Of a DNA stretch of 62,509 nucleotides, positions 1 to 8,680 are shown in pieces (the first letter of the stretch is position 1; the number at the start of each line of letters is the position of its first letter). This DNA is from a virus (Duplodnaviria; Caudoviricetes). The notes beneath the pieces were generated by a model. That model was not told the DNA's origin. It ran no database searches and was given only the letters and a program-made list of their open reading frames with translations. Both the position numbers and the translations under genes were made by a program. The DNA is taken from the IMG/VR virus record IMGVR_UViG_3300037452_000138, positions 1 through 62,509 of that record; one strand, written 5' to 3'.

Positions 1-127
1 CGTCGGTGACGCTGTCGGTCGGCGGCGCTGGCACGTCCGGCTCGCTGACGGCGAATGTGATGCAGACGGTCGTGGCCGCGACGGTGTCGGGTCCGGGCGT
101 CGGCTACGGCACCTCGAACACGCTGAT
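1..127. repeat. Terminal direct repeat, copy 1 (circular assembly overlap)
   Basis: Bases 1-127 are identical to 62383-62509. The length matches a common assembler k-mer and the repeat falls mid-gene. Confidence 0.95.
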
Positions 128-401
128 CACCACGGTGGGCGGGGTTCCGGCGACCGGCACCATCACCAACAACCCGGAAGCGACTTACCGGGCATGGCTG
201 CCGCGGCCGGCGCAGATCGGGCTGACCCCCGGCAACACCTCGGTGTCGATCGGTTCGTCCGGCGCGATCTACGACGGCGGGCTGTTCGAGGGTGCCCCCG
301 GCATCGTCGTGGCGCCGAACGGCATCCTGACCACGGTGGCGACCATTGCGCTCACCATGGGCAGCGCCTACGACACGGCGGTGATCCAGCAGGCGCCATA
401 A
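1..401 (+). CDS. 3' part of the junction-spanning virion protein starting at 61596
   Basis: Position 6 corresponds to 62388, and 62388-61596 is a multiple of 3; stop TAA at 399-401. Confidence 0.8.
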   Translation, partial: SVTLSVGGAGTSGSLTANVMQTVVAATVSGPGVGYGTSNTLITTVGGVPATGTITNNPEATYRAWLPRPAQIGLTPGNTSVSIGSSGAIYDGGLFEGAPGIVVAPNGILTTVATIALTMGSAYDTAVIQQAP

Positions 402-402
402 G

Positions 403-660
403 ATGGCCCAGACCTACAGCCAAAGTGTGACGGGCATCAACGCTGGCTCGCGCTATACGGCAAAGGCGGTTCAGGTTGGTGACGTCAGCATTATTGCCGG
501 CGACGTCATCGGCCCTGCGGCAGCTTCACAGGCAGGAGCCATGTCGCAGGGCGTGCAGGTGCTTTGTAAAAACGCGGATGGGTCGCAAAGCTGGTACACG
601 ATCGACGCCGAGCGTTCGATTCCGGGAGTATCGCTTGTGATGCGACCGGTAGGGCCGTAG
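403..660 (+). CDS. Hypothetical virion-module protein (85 aa)
   Basis: Starts 1 nt after the upstream stop, within the structural operon. Confidence 0.7.
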   Translation: MAQTYSQSVTGINAGSRYTAKAVQVGDVSIIAGDVIGPAAASQAGAMSQGVQVLCKNADGSQSWYTIDAERSIPGVSLVMRPVGP

Positions 661-693
661 GCTTGATCGGCAAAGGAGTGCTTTGCCTTGCCG

Positions 694-1218
694 CTATCCA
701 AGATTTACAAATTCACCGTGCAGGCGCTTAGCGGCTTCGCAATATGCGCTGTAAGCATCTTTTTTTGTTTTGTGCAGTCCCAATTCTTGCGGTTTGCCGT
801 AAGCCTGTATCGAGGCGCGCCATTTCCCGCTTCGTTTGTCGTAAGACACCCCCTTAAATCCCGAGGTATTATTTTTTTGCTTGCCGCGGTTGAACCCGTT
901 TTGCGAATTGTTTGCCGGACGTATATTTCTGTTATCGAGGGTATTGTTGGCAACGTGATCTATTTGGGCAATAGGCCACTCGCCGTTTTTGTGCAGGTAT
1001 GCCAAGCGGTGCGCGAGGTAAGAGCGCTTCCCTATTTTTATGTATCGATACCCATCGGAGCATATTTGTCCGGCAATTCTACCCCCGCGGGTATTTCCTC
1101 CAAATCCTTTGCTTCTGTGAGGAAGCGATTTTTTCCAAAACAAATCTCCCGTTTTAGTATCGTAGTAAAAAGTGGAGCGCACAAACTCGACGGTAATATC
1201 GTTTTTGGGAGAAGCCAT
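694..1218 (-). CDS. HNH homing endonuclease with AP2-like C-terminal domain
   Basis: YLAHRLAY..., IDH...DNR..., NNTSGFKGVSYDKRSGKWRASI. AT-rich and antisense to the operon. Confidence 0.85.
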   Translation of the reverse strand: MASPKNDITVEFVRSTFYYDTKTGDLFWKKSLPHRSKGFGGNTRGGRIAGQICSDGYRYIKIGKRSYLAHRLAYLHKNGEWPIAQIDHVANNTLDNRNIRPANNSQNGFNRGKQKNNTSGFKGVSYDKRSGKWRASIQAYGKPQELGLHKTKKDAYSAYCEAAKRLHGEFVNLG

Positions 1219-1244
1219 GAAATGTTCCTGCTTGGGGGTGCGTC

Positions 1245-2006
1245 ATTTTAACATTTTATTTGACACAGACAAGGGGGCTACTCCAGCTCCCGGGGTCCAA
1301 TTCAACCAGCCTTTACACCGACGCGGATCTCACGCGGTGGATCAACATTGCCCGCGGTCAGGTCGCCGGCGAGGGCGAGTGCATCCGGGTCAGCGGCCGA
1401 ATTTCAACCGTGGTCGGGCAGGAAGCCTATAATTTTTCAGGGATCAACGTCGGCACGCCGGCGGCTTCGGGCGTGCAGGGCGTCATCCACGTCAGCAGCT
1501 TGCATTACGGCGCCGGTAACGGGCAGTTGTGGATGACGCCTCGCCCGTGGCCGTGGTTCTCGCTGTACAACCGCAACACTGCTGTCCCGCAGTCCGGACC
1601 TCCCAAGGAGTGGTCCCAGTACGGCCAGGGCGCGGCGCCGAGCGGTGTTGCCAACACCTCAATCAACGGGGGGAGCTTTTATATTTCGCCGCTGCCGGAC
1701 GATGTCTACGTGCTGCAATGCACCTCGATTTGCTACCCAATTGCGCTGGCCGACGACACGACGGTGGAAGCGCTTCCCTACTTCTGGACCGACGCGGTAC
1801 CGTTCTTCGCAGCTTATTTCGCGCTGCTGTCGGCGCAGACCAACGCGCGCATGGCGGACGCCGCGCAGATGTACAAGGGGCATTACAACGAGTTCATGGA
1901 GCGGGCGCGCAAACAGTCCAACCCGAGTGTCAACAACTGGATGTACAGCCAGGCCGGTGATCCCGTGCAGGCTACCAAGATGGGCATCAAGGCAGGTGCT
2001 CAATGA
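1245..2006 (+). CDS. Putative head-tail adaptor protein, paralog A (probable ATT start at 1245; track uses TTG 1260)
   Basis: Position in the head-tail module; clear similarity to 2003-2944; GGGGG SD-like run 6 nt before ATT. Confidence 0.65.
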   Translation: MLTFYLTQTRGLLQLPGSNSTSLYTDADLTRWINIARGQVAGEGECIRVSGRISTVVGQEAYNFSGINVGTPAASGVQGVIHVSSLHYGAGNGQLWMTPRPWPWFSLYNRNTAVPQSGPPKEWSQYGQGAAPSGVANTSINGGSFYISPLPDDVYVLQCTSICYPIALADDTTVEALPYFWTDAVPFFAAYFALLSAQTNARMADAAQMYKGHYNEFMERARKQSNPSVNNWMYSQAGDPVQATKMGIKAGAQ

Positions 2007-2944
2007 TCACCAGTGCGTTCGAATATTTAAAAATGACCCAACGCTTCTTGCGCGAGCAGAAGCAGGATTTTTCCAATCCGGAAGATTTGCTCGTCTACAT
2101 CAACCGGGCTCGCCGGGAGGTCGCTGGTCGCACGCAATGCATTCGCCGCCTGACCCCGATCTCCGGGCAGGTGGTGTCGGCCACGATGCTGACGCCGGGG
2201 TCCGGTTACATCAACCCGGTTGCCACGATCACCTCGCCGGATTGGGCTAGTGGAGTGTTACCGAGTCCGAACGGCAGGCAGGCTACGGCTGCGGTCGAAC
2301 TCAATGGTCACGTTGTCAGCGGGGTCACGATCGAGGACGGCGGCGATGGATATTTCCAGCCGCAGATCGCGATTTCGGATTTGAACGGTCCGGGTACAGG
2401 CGCGACTGCATCGCTGACAATCTCGCCGATCAACACACTCAACCCGGGACAAGAGGTTTATAATTTCAGCGATATTTACGTCGGTAACTGGCCGGGTGTT
2501 GATTCGGTTTTCGCAGTGAAGTCGGTTTCGATCATATACTCTCAGTATCGGTACTCCCTTCCGGTCATCGCGTTTTCGCAATACCAGGCGCAGGTGCGGC
2601 AATTTTCAACGGGCACCTACCAGTACGTGCCGTCGTTTGGTTCGCAGTACGGACAGGGCGCGGGAGGTAGCTTTTATTTTTATCCGCCTCCGAGTCAATT
2701 GTACCAGACGGAATACGATTGCTTCTGCCTGCCAACCGATATGTCGCTCGACAACTCGGTGCCCGAGGCGATCCCGCTGCCGTGGACGGATGCCGTTCCT
2801 TATATGGCCGCGCAACTGGCATTTCAAGAGTTGATGAATTTCAATGCTGCTAAATTCTACGAGCAGCAGTTCGACAAAATGACACTTGGGTATTCACAAC
2901 ATGCCAGAATTAGCCGTGCAATTAATCCTTACGGGAGACCTTAG
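2003..2944 (+). CDS. Putative head-tail adaptor protein, paralog B, with an inserted GxGY domain
   Basis: Shares INxARxxVAG..CIR, GQExYNFS, SQYGQGA, GSFY and WTDAVP with paralog A; ATGA overlap. Confidence 0.65.
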   Translation: MITSAFEYLKMTQRFLREQKQDFSNPEDLLVYINRARREVAGRTQCIRRLTPISGQVVSATMLTPGSGYINPVATITSPDWASGVLPSPNGRQATAAVELNGHVVSGVTIEDGGDGYFQPQIAISDLNGPGTGATASLTISPINTLNPGQEVYNFSDIYVGNWPGVDSVFAVKSVSIIYSQYRYSLPVIAFSQYQAQVRQFSTGTYQYVPSFGSQYGQGAGGSFYFYPPPSQLYQTEYDCFCLPTDMSLDNSVPEAIPLPWTDAVPYMAAQLAFQELMNFNAAKFYEQQFDKMTLGYSQHARISRAINPYGRP

Positions 2945-3566
2945 CGATGAGAGCACGAGCGATGTCTACTAGTGTCGTGTCGTCGCTTTCTCCTTTGAAG
3001 GCGTTAAGCGCCCATAGTATGAAACGACAATTATCTTTAGTGTATTCTTTTTTAGGATCGATCTTGTCAACACTAAGAGTGAAAGGGCTTCGTGTAAGCG
3101 CGTCGAGCACAAAAGGAATTCCGGATAGTTCGCAGCATCCTGTCCACCTCGCGCTTGCCCACTCACTATCTAGATTAAACTCTATGCCTAACCTTTTGGC
3201 TTTGCTTTTGAGTGACATCAGCGTGAACTGCCAAGGAACAGTAACCCGTGTTTTACGATAGTATTTGTTTTTCCAGTCGTTTACCATTTTGCGATTCGTT
3301 CTCGCGTAAAAACGTGTGCGACATTTTCGCGTGCAATAAACAGAGGTTTTATGCGCAGGTAAAAATACAGTTCCGCAACCTACACATGGCTTCGGCGCTC
3401 GTTCTGCCGCGCGCCGTTCTTTTTGATACTTTCGCATCCGCGCGTTTACATACGCTCGATTATTTTTTTCCCAATTTCGCTGGTAGCACCTATTGGAACA
3501 CCAACGCTGGTCGCTTTTCTTTTTTGGGTGAACGCTTCCGCATTCTTCGCAAGAAAAATTTGCCAT
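2922..3566 (-). CDS. Zn-finger plus His-Me-finger (HNH-like) putative homing endonuclease
   Basis: CxxC/CxxxC repeats; C-terminal CELSGIPF...SVDKIDPKKEYTKDNCRFI...N..K; GGAG SD before ATG 3566; AT-rich. Confidence 0.7.
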   Translation of the reverse strand: MANFSCEECGSVHPKKKSDQRWCSNRCYQRNWEKNNRAYVNARMRKYQKERRAAERAPKPCVGCGTVFLPAHKTSVYCTRKCRTRFYARTNRKMVNDWKNKYYRKTRVTVPWQFTLMSLKSKAKRLGIEFNLDSEWASARWTGCCELSGIPFVLDALTRSPFTLSVDKIDPKKEYTKDNCRFILWALNAFKGESDDTTLVDIARALIAKVSRKD

Positions 3567-3615
3567 TTCGCTTACTCCGAATAGCATTAATATATATGTA
3601 TTACGGAGTTGTCAA

Positions 3616-5226
3616 GTGATCGAAGCTCCCCAACCACAGGGCGATCAGCCCACCCAGTATCTTCCGGCAGGTCCGGCCGATCCACTGATATTCGAGGCGT
3701 TTGAGGGCATCAACACCGCGACGACCAGGCCGGGCGTGGATGACAAGCAGTCGCCATGGCTCGACGGGTTCATGCCGCTCGGCCCCGGGCGAAACCTGCG
3801 CACCATGTGGGGCGTTGGCCCGGCGTTGTTCACGCCTCCTGACGGCATTTCGCATGTATCGTTTTTTGATTTTTTCAATATCGGCACGACGCCGTACATG
3901 CTCGTGGTAACTAATTTCGGCGCTATCTACGCCGTTAACACCAACACCGGCGTATCTAATTTGATCGCCGTCGGAGGCACTATATCGAACCCATCGCGCA
4001 GCACTGTAGGACTTGCACAATATGGCTCCAAGTATGTTCTGATCATTGCATTCCAGACCAACGGCTATTTTGCATGGGACGGCACCACGTTCTATTCCCC
4101 TGGCGGTGCGCCCTTGGCAGGCAACCAGTTGCCTCTCGGTATCGCAGGCACTGCGATCGAGATTTACGCCGGTCGTGTATGGATTGCCGAAGGGCCTACC
4201 ATTACGTACAGCGCTCCCGGTTCGGTAACTGATTTCTCGTCTGCTAACGGTGGCGGCAACTTCACTTCGTCCGATAGTTTCTTGCGCGTCGGATTTACCC
4301 AATTGAAGCAAACCAACGGCTTCCTTTATTTGATCGCCGACTCGTCGATCAATTACATCTCGGGAGTTCAGACATCCGGATCGCCGCCGGTCACGACGTT
4401 CACCAACCAGAACGCCGATCCGGAAGTCGGTTCGGCGTGGGCTTCGACCGTCGATGTGTTCAGCCGCAATATTCTGTTCGCAAACGCCTTTGGCGTACAT
4501 GTGTCGTATGGTGGCGCGGTTACCAAGATCAGTGAAGCCCTGGACGGCATTTACAACACGGTGCCGAATTTCGGTAACATCACGCCTTCGGCGGGCAAGG
4601 CGATCATATTCGGCAAGAAATGCTGGGTGGTATTGCTGCCCATCATCGATCCGATCAAGGCGCAACAGGTCAACAAACTCCTGCTTTGGAACGGCAAAAT
4701 ATGGTGGGCGTCCGAGCAGGATGTGCCTCTGATTTATATCCAGCACCAGGAAATCAAGTCGATTATTAGCTGCTACGGAACCGACGGCAGTTCGATTTAT
4801 CCGTTGTTTGCCCGACCATCTACGGCATTCCAGAAAACCGCACAGAGCAAATTGTGGGACAAGCCGGGCGGCTACCAGCTGACGAAATTCGTAACGCGGC
4901 TGTGGGGCATCGTCCAGTTTTACAGCGGATTAAGTCCGACGATCAACGTGTCGATCGACAATGAGACGGGGTCAAACACTAATCCGACGATAGTGGTTCC
5001 GAAGGTGATTTCGTGGGTCAACAATTCCGGACAGATCGTGGCATGGCTCAATAATCTCGGCGCGGCGATCCAGTGGCAGTCCAACGGCGGAGGGTACTCG
5101 GTGCTTGCCCCCGATGCTGTCGCACAAAATGGCGCCCTGACGGGGTTCACCATCTCGACAAACGCCGCAGACATGGCCATCGTGTCGATGATGATCAAGG
5201 CCGAGATCGCCGGGTATCGAGGGTAG
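3616..5226 (+). CDS. Putative tail nozzle / DNA-stabilisation protein (536 aa)
   Basis: Beta-rich, propeller-like sequence (GRVWIA, GFLYLI) in the position of the podovirus nozzle gene. Function inferred from synteny. Confidence 0.6.
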   Translation: MIEAPQPQGDQPTQYLPAGPADPLIFEAFEGINTATTRPGVDDKQSPWLDGFMPLGPGRNLRTMWGVGPALFTPPDGISHVSFFDFFNIGTTPYMLVVTNFGAIYAVNTNTGVSNLIAVGGTISNPSRSTVGLAQYGSKYVLIIAFQTNGYFAWDGTTFYSPGGAPLAGNQLPLGIAGTAIEIYAGRVWIAEGPTITYSAPGSVTDFSSANGGGNFTSSDSFLRVGFTQLKQTNGFLYLIADSSINYISGVQTSGSPPVTTFTNQNADPEVGSAWASTVDVFSRNILFANAFGVHVSYGGAVTKISEALDGIYNTVPNFGNITPSAGKAIIFGKKCWVVLLPIIDPIKAQQVNKLLLWNGKIWWASEQDVPLIYIQHQEIKSIISCYGTDGSSIYPLFARPSTAFQKTAQSKLWDKPGGYQLTKFVTRLWGIVQFYSGLSPTINVSIDNETGSNTNPTIVVPKVISWVNNSGQIVAWLNNLGAAIQWQSNGGGYSVLAPDAVAQNGALTGFTISTNAADMAIVSMMIKAEIAGYRG

Positions 5227-5229
5227 CAC

Positions 5230-6000
5230 ATGGCTTTCAGCATTACCCAGTTTCAGAACAGTCCGGGTCCGGATCAGTTGTCGGCGCTTGACAACAATTT
5301 CACGACGCTGAGTGCGCAGGCCCCGATCCCTTGCGGCGTGTCGGGCACCAATACGCTGGTGCTGACGCAGAATGCCGCTGGCCTCGTGCCGACCGTTACG
5401 ATAGCGGCTTATACGCAAGGCATGTCGTTTTCCGGCATAGCGTCCGCGACAAATACCGGACCGGTGACGGCGAATGTCGGCACTGCCGGTGCGCTGAATG
5501 TTTACAAGGATACGCCGTCAGGGCCGCAGGTGTTGTCCGGCAGCGAGATCGTCATCGGCAACGCCTTCACCATGGTCTACGATCCGGCGTTGAACAGCGG
5601 CGCCGGCGGCTTCCATTTGGTGTCGACCACGGCGCAGTGGAATACACGCATCAATCCGTCGGCAATTCAGGTCAACGGCAATGCCACGATAACGAACCTG
5701 TTGTCGGGCGGGGTGAGCGTCACGTTCAACGCCACGGCGGGCTGGTCGTCGCAGGATCAGTCATTCACGCTGACCGGTCTGCCCCCGAACATCCCGCTCG
5801 TCGGCGATTTCGTTCAGGTGACCCCGCCGTCGCTGGCCGCCGTCGGCGTCGATTTTTCCGCCATGGTTACGGCGGTGGGGTCGCTCAGTTCGGTAGCGTC
5901 GGTTGCAACCGTCAATATCCGCCTGCTGAACGCGGCCTCGGCGTCGCTGGCGTCGAACAGCGGGCTGTACCGGTGGGCAGCGTGGAGGACGGTGCCGTGA
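5230..6000 (+). CDS. Short tail fibre / fibre-attachment protein without signal peptide
   Basis: N-terminal LSALDNNF-type segment and a T/S/G-rich beta body; follows the nozzle-like gene. Confidence 0.5.
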   Translation: MAFSITQFQNSPGPDQLSALDNNFTTLSAQAPIPCGVSGTNTLVLTQNAAGLVPTVTIAAYTQGMSFSGIASATNTGPVTANVGTAGALNVYKDTPSGPQVLSGSEIVIGNAFTMVYDPALNSGAGGFHLVSTTAQWNTRINPSAIQVNGNATITNLLSGGVSVTFNATAGWSSQDQSFTLTGLPPNIPLVGDFVQVTPPSLAAVGVDFSAMVTAVGSLSSVASVATVNIRLLNAASASLASNSGLYRWAAWRTVP

Positions 6001-6338
6001 GCGGGCTGGCCGACCTCTACAACGTCCCTTCGAACGACGCCGAGCGGGCAGAATGGGCGTTCGCGCACATGGCCCACCACCGGGACATCAACCGGCGGCT
6101 TTATGAACTGGTCAAGGCGGCACTTCCGGAGTATCCCTTGGACCAGATCGACCCGAAAGATACCGGCCAATGGGAGTATCAGCATCAGGTGATGCATGAT
6201 AATCAGAACCAACTGCTCGGGATCAGCGGGCAGGATCTGACCGGCATCGACTGGAAGGATCAGAACTTGCTGGCGGGCTGGATATGGCTGAATGCCAACG
6301 AGCACGTCCAGGCATCGAACATATTGGAGATCGGCTAG
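5997..6338 (+). CDS. His/Trp-rich hypothetical virion-module protein (113 aa)
   Basis: GTGA overlap with GGAGG upstream; HMAHH, HQVMH and NEH motifs. Confidence 0.7.
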   Translation: MSGLADLYNVPSNDAERAEWAFAHMAHHRDINRRLYELVKAALPEYPLDQIDPKDTGQWEYQHQVMHDNQNQLLGISGQDLTGIDWKDQNLLAGWIWLNANEHVQASNILEIG

Positions 6339-6802
6339 TGAGCGAAGCAGCATTGAAGATCGAACCCCACGAACCCGCCTTCATGCGCCGGTTCGAACTG
6401 GCGGACCTGTCACGGCACGGCCCGTGGCTGATGAAGCGGTTCGCGATGAAATTGCCGGATATCCCGGAGCGGCAGGTGGCCGGATATTTGAACGGACTGC
6501 TGACCAGCAACGAGCACACTTTTCTGTACCAGGATCACGCGGTCGCACTGGCGCAGGTTGTCCATAGCTTCGGAATCAAGTCCGCGAAGATCGTTCAGGA
6601 GCGTTTTGTCTGGGTCGAGAACCGGGAGGACAAGGCCCAGCTCGAAGCCGCCGCCGATTTCTATCTGATGTTCAAGGAGTGGGCGAAGCGGCTCGACGCC
6701 GAGCGCATTTTCGTGTGCGAGGACAGCGACGTGCCGAAGTCGTTGATCGAAGTCCGTCTCGGCCGCCTGTTCGACACCAAGATCAGCCACGCGAGGATGT
6801 GA
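6338..6802 (+). CDS. Hypothetical protein, possibly a degenerate GNAT fold
   Basis: TAGTG overlap; ERFVWV...FKEWAKRLDAERIFV resembles a GNAT C-terminal pattern. Confidence 0.5.
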   Translation: MSEAALKIEPHEPAFMRRFELADLSRHGPWLMKRFAMKLPDIPERQVAGYLNGLLTSNEHTFLYQDHAVALAQVVHSFGIKSAKIVQERFVWVENREDKAQLEAAADFYLMFKEWAKRLDAERIFVCEDSDVPKSLIEVRLGRLFDTKISHARM

Positions 6803-6912
6803 TGACGTACCTCAAAGTGCTTGCAATCGTCTTGCTAATCGACGGGACTTTTTTATGGATGCTATGGCGGCTGTTCGGAGGCTGCTTTGTAGGGCCGTGC
6901 TATCATGATTGA
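6802..6912 (+). CDS. Small membrane protein (36 aa)
   Basis: TGATG overlap; single hydrophobic stretch. Confidence 0.45.
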   Translation: MTYLKVLAIVLLIDGTFLWMLWRLFGGCFVGPCYHD

Positions 6913-7351
6913 GTTCGCCGTCGAAACCATCGGTGCGGTGTGGGAGCGCATGGACGTGGTTCGACGGCATTACGAGGAAATCGCGCAGTTCAAGGATGTG
7001 CAGCAACTTGACCCGGACTTCGAGGCTTACGATCGCATGGAGAAGGCGGGCAAGCTCTGGGTGATGACGGCGCGGAATGGCGACGACCTTGTCGGGTACA
7101 TCGTGATGTTTTTGGCGTTCGATCTGCACTATCGGAAACTGAAGCGGGCGACCGAGGATATTCATTTTATCCTGCCCGAGCACCGCAAGGGGCTTGTCGG
7201 GTACCAGATGCTGGCGAAGACCACACAGGCAATGCGGGACTTGGGGGTCCACACCGCGACTTTCAGGACCAAGGCCGACAACAGTCATGGGGTGCTGTTC
7301 GAGCGGCTGGGTGGAGTTTTGCACGATCTGGTGTATACCATCGTGCTGTAG
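6905..7351 (+). CDS. GNAT-family acetyltransferase-like protein
   Basis: LVGYIV...DIHFILPEHRKGLVG acetyl-CoA-binding-like motif; ends in LFERLG. Confidence 0.75.
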   Translation: MIEFAVETIGAVWERMDVVRRHYEEIAQFKDVQQLDPDFEAYDRMEKAGKLWVMTARNGDDLVGYIVMFLAFDLHYRKLKRATEDIHFILPEHRKGLVGYQMLAKTTQAMRDLGVHTATFRTKADNSHGVLFERLGGVLHDLVYTIVL

Positions 7352-7360
7352 GAGTGTGCC

Positions 7361-8677
7361 ATGGGCGATTTGGTCGGAATCGGCATCGATGCTTTAGCCA
7401 GCATATTCAGCAGTGGTGCGGGTGATGCAGCGGCGGGGCTAGGTACTGCCGCGGCGGATGTCGGTGCTGGCGCGGCCGGCGGGGGGATTGCCGATATCGT
7501 GGGTACCGGTGCAGGACTGGCTGGCGGTGCGACGGGGTTGGAAGGTACCCTGGCCAGCGCCGGCGGGCTCGGGCTGGCCGATGCTGCAGGAGCCGGGGGA
7601 TTGGGAGCCTTGGGTACTGCGGCTGATTTCCTGGCCGCCCCAGCGGCATCCGGATTGAGTGCCGCGGCCCTAACGCCCGGTATTTCGGGCGCTGCGGCGG
7701 ACACTGCGCTGACCAGCGCAGCCGATACCGGGCTCGCCAGCGGTGTCAGCGGCATTACCGGCTCGCCGTCGATCTCCAGTTTAGCGGGCGATCCCAGTGC
7801 TTTCCCCGGGGTGTCTTCGTCCTCCCTGTCGCCGAACGTCGCCAATGCGAACGCGGCTGCCCCAGGGTCTTCGGTGTTCAACACCGGCACCTCACCTGTG
7901 GCTGGCGTGAACCCTGCGGGAACGCCCAGCGTCAATCCGGGGGGAGCCAGTGCTGCGGGTGTATCGGCGCCCAGCGGCGTGACTGCCCCGACCGATGCGA
8001 CCGCCGCAGGCGTGCCCGGGAATGCTGCCGGTGGCGGGTCGCCTACCGGTACGCCGGCCGGCGGTTCAACCAGTATTTCCGATATGCTGAGCAATGCTGG
8101 CTCGAAAACCATGGATTCACTGACCAACAATCCCCTCGGCGTTGCGCTGGGAGCGGGCGGGCTCGGCTACAACATTTTAAAGGGTCAGCAGCAGACAAAG
8201 AACCAGAATGCGCTGTCGGCGGATGCCGCGCAGGCGACGGCGAACAGTAACAAGCTGACGGCGAGCGGCACCGATTTGCAGAAGTACCTGACGGACGGCA
8301 CCTTGCCGGCGAATTATCAGAAGATCGTCGATCAGTCGATCCAGGACGCCAAGACCACGGCGATCTCGAACGCAGCGCAGCAAGGGCTGCCGACCGATCC
8401 GACGCAGAACACGGCGCTGGCCGCCACGCTGGCCAAGATCGACGCTTCGAGGGCCGGCATGCAGGCGCAGGTAGCGCAGACCCTGTTCTCGTCAGGCAGC
8501 TCGCTGGTTAGTGCAGGCCAGTCGGCAGCTGGATTGTCCGGGAATCTCTACCAGACCCTGGTGCAGAACGACACCGCGCAGGCGGCGAACACCGGCAAGG
8601 CGATCGCCACGCTGGCGTCGGCGCTGAATGGCAAGTCGTCGGCGAATATCAACGGCACCAACGTCACGATCGGGTAA
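7361..8677 (+). CDS. Putative internal virion / ejection protein 1 (A/G-rich)
   Basis: Low-complexity hydrophobic A/G N-terminus and Q/A helical C-terminus; AGGAG SD; podovirus synteny. Confidence 0.6.
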   Translation: MGDLVGIGIDALASIFSSGAGDAAAGLGTAAADVGAGAAGGGIADIVGTGAGLAGGATGLEGTLASAGGLGLADAAGAGGLGALGTAADFLAAPAASGLSAAALTPGISGAAADTALTSAADTGLASGVSGITGSPSISSLAGDPSAFPGVSSSSLSPNVANANAAAPGSSVFNTGTSPVAGVNPAGTPSVNPGGASAAGVSAPSGVTAPTDATAAGVPGNAAGGGSPTGTPAGGSTSISDMLSNAGSKTMDSLTNNPLGVALGAGGLGYNILKGQQQTKNQNALSADAAQATANSNKLTASGTDLQKYLTDGTLPANYQKIVDQSIQDAKTTAISNAAQQGLPTDPTQNTALAATLAKIDASRAGMQAQVAQTLFSSGSSLVSAGQSAAGLSGNLYQTLVQNDTAQAANTGKAIATLASALNGKSSANINGTNVTIG

Positions 8678-8680
8678 CGC

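Noticed and set aside
1-127. Biological terminal repeat
   Set aside because: Exactly 127 bp and in the middle of a gene; best explained as assembler overlap of a circular contig.
688-1251. Plus-strand 187-aa ORF (and similarly 59482-60528)
   Set aside because: Antisense shadows of HNH genes whose motifs are on the minus strand.
694-3566. Group I introns housing the endonucleases
   Set aside because: Flanking genes are complete, separate ORFs and the endonucleases fill nearly all the intervening space.
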